A stretch of 47,062 nt of DNA from a virus (lineage: Duplodnaviria; Caudoviricetes): positions 1 to 47,062 of the IMG/VR virus record IMGVR_UViG_3300044267_004763. The stretch is one strand, 5' to 3'. Made by a program: the position numbers and the translations under genes. Positions 46,278-47,062 of the stretch are shown here, in pieces; the stretch's first letter is position 1; every line of letters begins with the position of its first letter. The notes beneath the pieces are model-generated. The model was not told where the DNA came from, did no database searches, and saw only the letters and a list, made by a program, of their open reading frames with translations.

Positions 46278-46470
46278 AATTTTCAAATCTAAATGCAACA
46301 ATTTCATCGGGAACTAAATTCCCATTTGTATCAAACATTTCAGGATGTGGTCGTGGTATCTCCTGATAGTTCATCATATATTCTCTTGCCGTCCATCCTA
46401 TTATTCCACCAACTAATAGAAATAATATTGATCCTGGCAATGCTAAAGCTAATACGATATCAAGATTCAT
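46246..46470 (-). CDS. Small single-pass membrane protein (74 aa)
   Basis: GGAGG RBS, hydrophobic N-terminus, HPEMFD.NGNLVPDEI.A.RFE. Confidence 0.7.
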   Translation of the reverse strand: MNLDIVLALALPGSILFLLVGGIIGWTAREYMMNYQEIPRPHPEMFDTNGNLVPDEIVAFRFENYDENDSEEYQ

Positions 46471-46562
46471 TTTTATACCTCCTTCGGGAATCGGTTTGTT
46501 TGAGTTTTTCTTCCCTCCATTAAGTATAAAATTAAACCCACGATCAACATTATCTTTGGATT

Positions 46563-46570
46563 TATTTATA
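46563..46570 (-). promoter_or_regulatory. T4 late promoter (TATAAATA)
   Basis: Perfect consensus immediately after the glutaredoxin stop. Confidence 0.55.
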
Positions 46571-46813
46571 TCATTGTTTAATGATTGATTCTTCTTTGAG
46601 GAATTTGATTGTGTCAATACACCCTCCTAACTTTTTACCATCTACAACAACTTGAGGAAAAGTAGAATCTTGGCCAAATTCACCATAGAACTCTTTCTTT
46701 TCAAAATGTTCTCCTAAATTATACACCACAAACCTACTCCCTGTCAACTCTAATACTTGTTTAACCTTATCACAATACGGGCAACCATCTTTAGTATAGA
46801 CTGCAAAATTCAT
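46571..46813 (-). CDS. nrdC: Glutaredoxin
   Basis: CPYC active site, TFPQV, LGGC. Confidence 0.92.
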   Translation of the reverse strand: MNFAVYTKDGCPYCDKVKQVLELTGSRFVVYNLGEHFEKKEFYGEFGQDSTFPQVVVDGKKLGGCIDTIKFLKEESIIKQ

Positions 46814-46820
46814 TTTTAAT

Positions 46821-47051
46821 TTAAACCTCTGAGTTTTTATTTATAATGTAACTACCGATACATAAGTAATCTAAATCAATATTATTGAATGTGTCAATCG
46901 CATGTTTTGGTGTCTCAACAATTGGTTGGCCATTATCATTGAAAGATGTATTTAGAAGAATAGGGCATCCTGTTTCTTCATTATACTTTTGTAGAAGTGT
47001 GGTGACTTCTGGATGCAAATCCTTATTTACCGTTTGTATTCTACAGGTTCC
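46821..47051 (-). CDS. Carbamoyltransferase (NodU/CmcH family), C-terminal fragment
   Basis: GTCRIQTV...TGCPILLNTSFNDNGQPIVETP...LDYL; truncated near the window end. Confidence 0.85.
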   Translation of the reverse strand, partial: GTCRIQTVNKDLHPEVTTLLQKYNEETGCPILLNTSFNDNGQPIVETPKHAIDTFNNIDLDYLCIGSYIINKNSEV

Positions 47052-47062
47052 TCATCCTCTCC

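Noticed and set aside
46471-46617. N-terminal extension of the 123-aa track ORF
   Set aside because: Overlaps glutaredoxin and a late promoter; the strong GGAGG RBS favours ATG 46470. It may be a remnant of a separate small gene
47052-47062. In-frame TGA just upstream of the carbamoyltransferase fragment (possible pseudogene)
   Set aside because: Lies in the last 11 bases; GAGGAT-GA-GGAACC looks like a small indel or contig-end artefact and cannot be judged from this window

Overview
AT-rich, gene-dense fragment of a T4-like marine cyanophage (Kyanoviridae-type myovirus). A picocyanobacterial host is inferred from gene content; the low GC fits Prochlorococcus. Almost everything is on the minus strand. 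1-27.9 kb is a cluster of large repetitive tail-fibre/virion proteins, including one with a C-terminal S74 chaperone and a subtilisin-like S8 protease. 27.9-39.9 kb is the baseplate/tail module (split gp5-like, gp27-like, tape-measure-like, gp26/gp51-like, gp54-like, gp4, gp48, gp53). 39.9-47 kb holds gp32, gp59, gp33, an exonuclease, phoH, thyX, small ORFs, glutaredoxin and the end of a carbamoyltransferase. Most notable signals: (i) tandem glutamine-riboswitch-like RNAs with a 52-codon ORF nested inside the second copy, behind an NtcA-like box and ahead of a DUF4278 peptide; (ii) a candidate -1 frameshift fusing gp26 to a start-less gp51-like ORF; (iii) nucleotide-level conserved anchors bracketing variable modules in the 2961-aa fibre. 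No tRNA, rRNA, CRISPR array, integrase or transposase was seen. All family calls come from motif recognition by eye, not from database searches.
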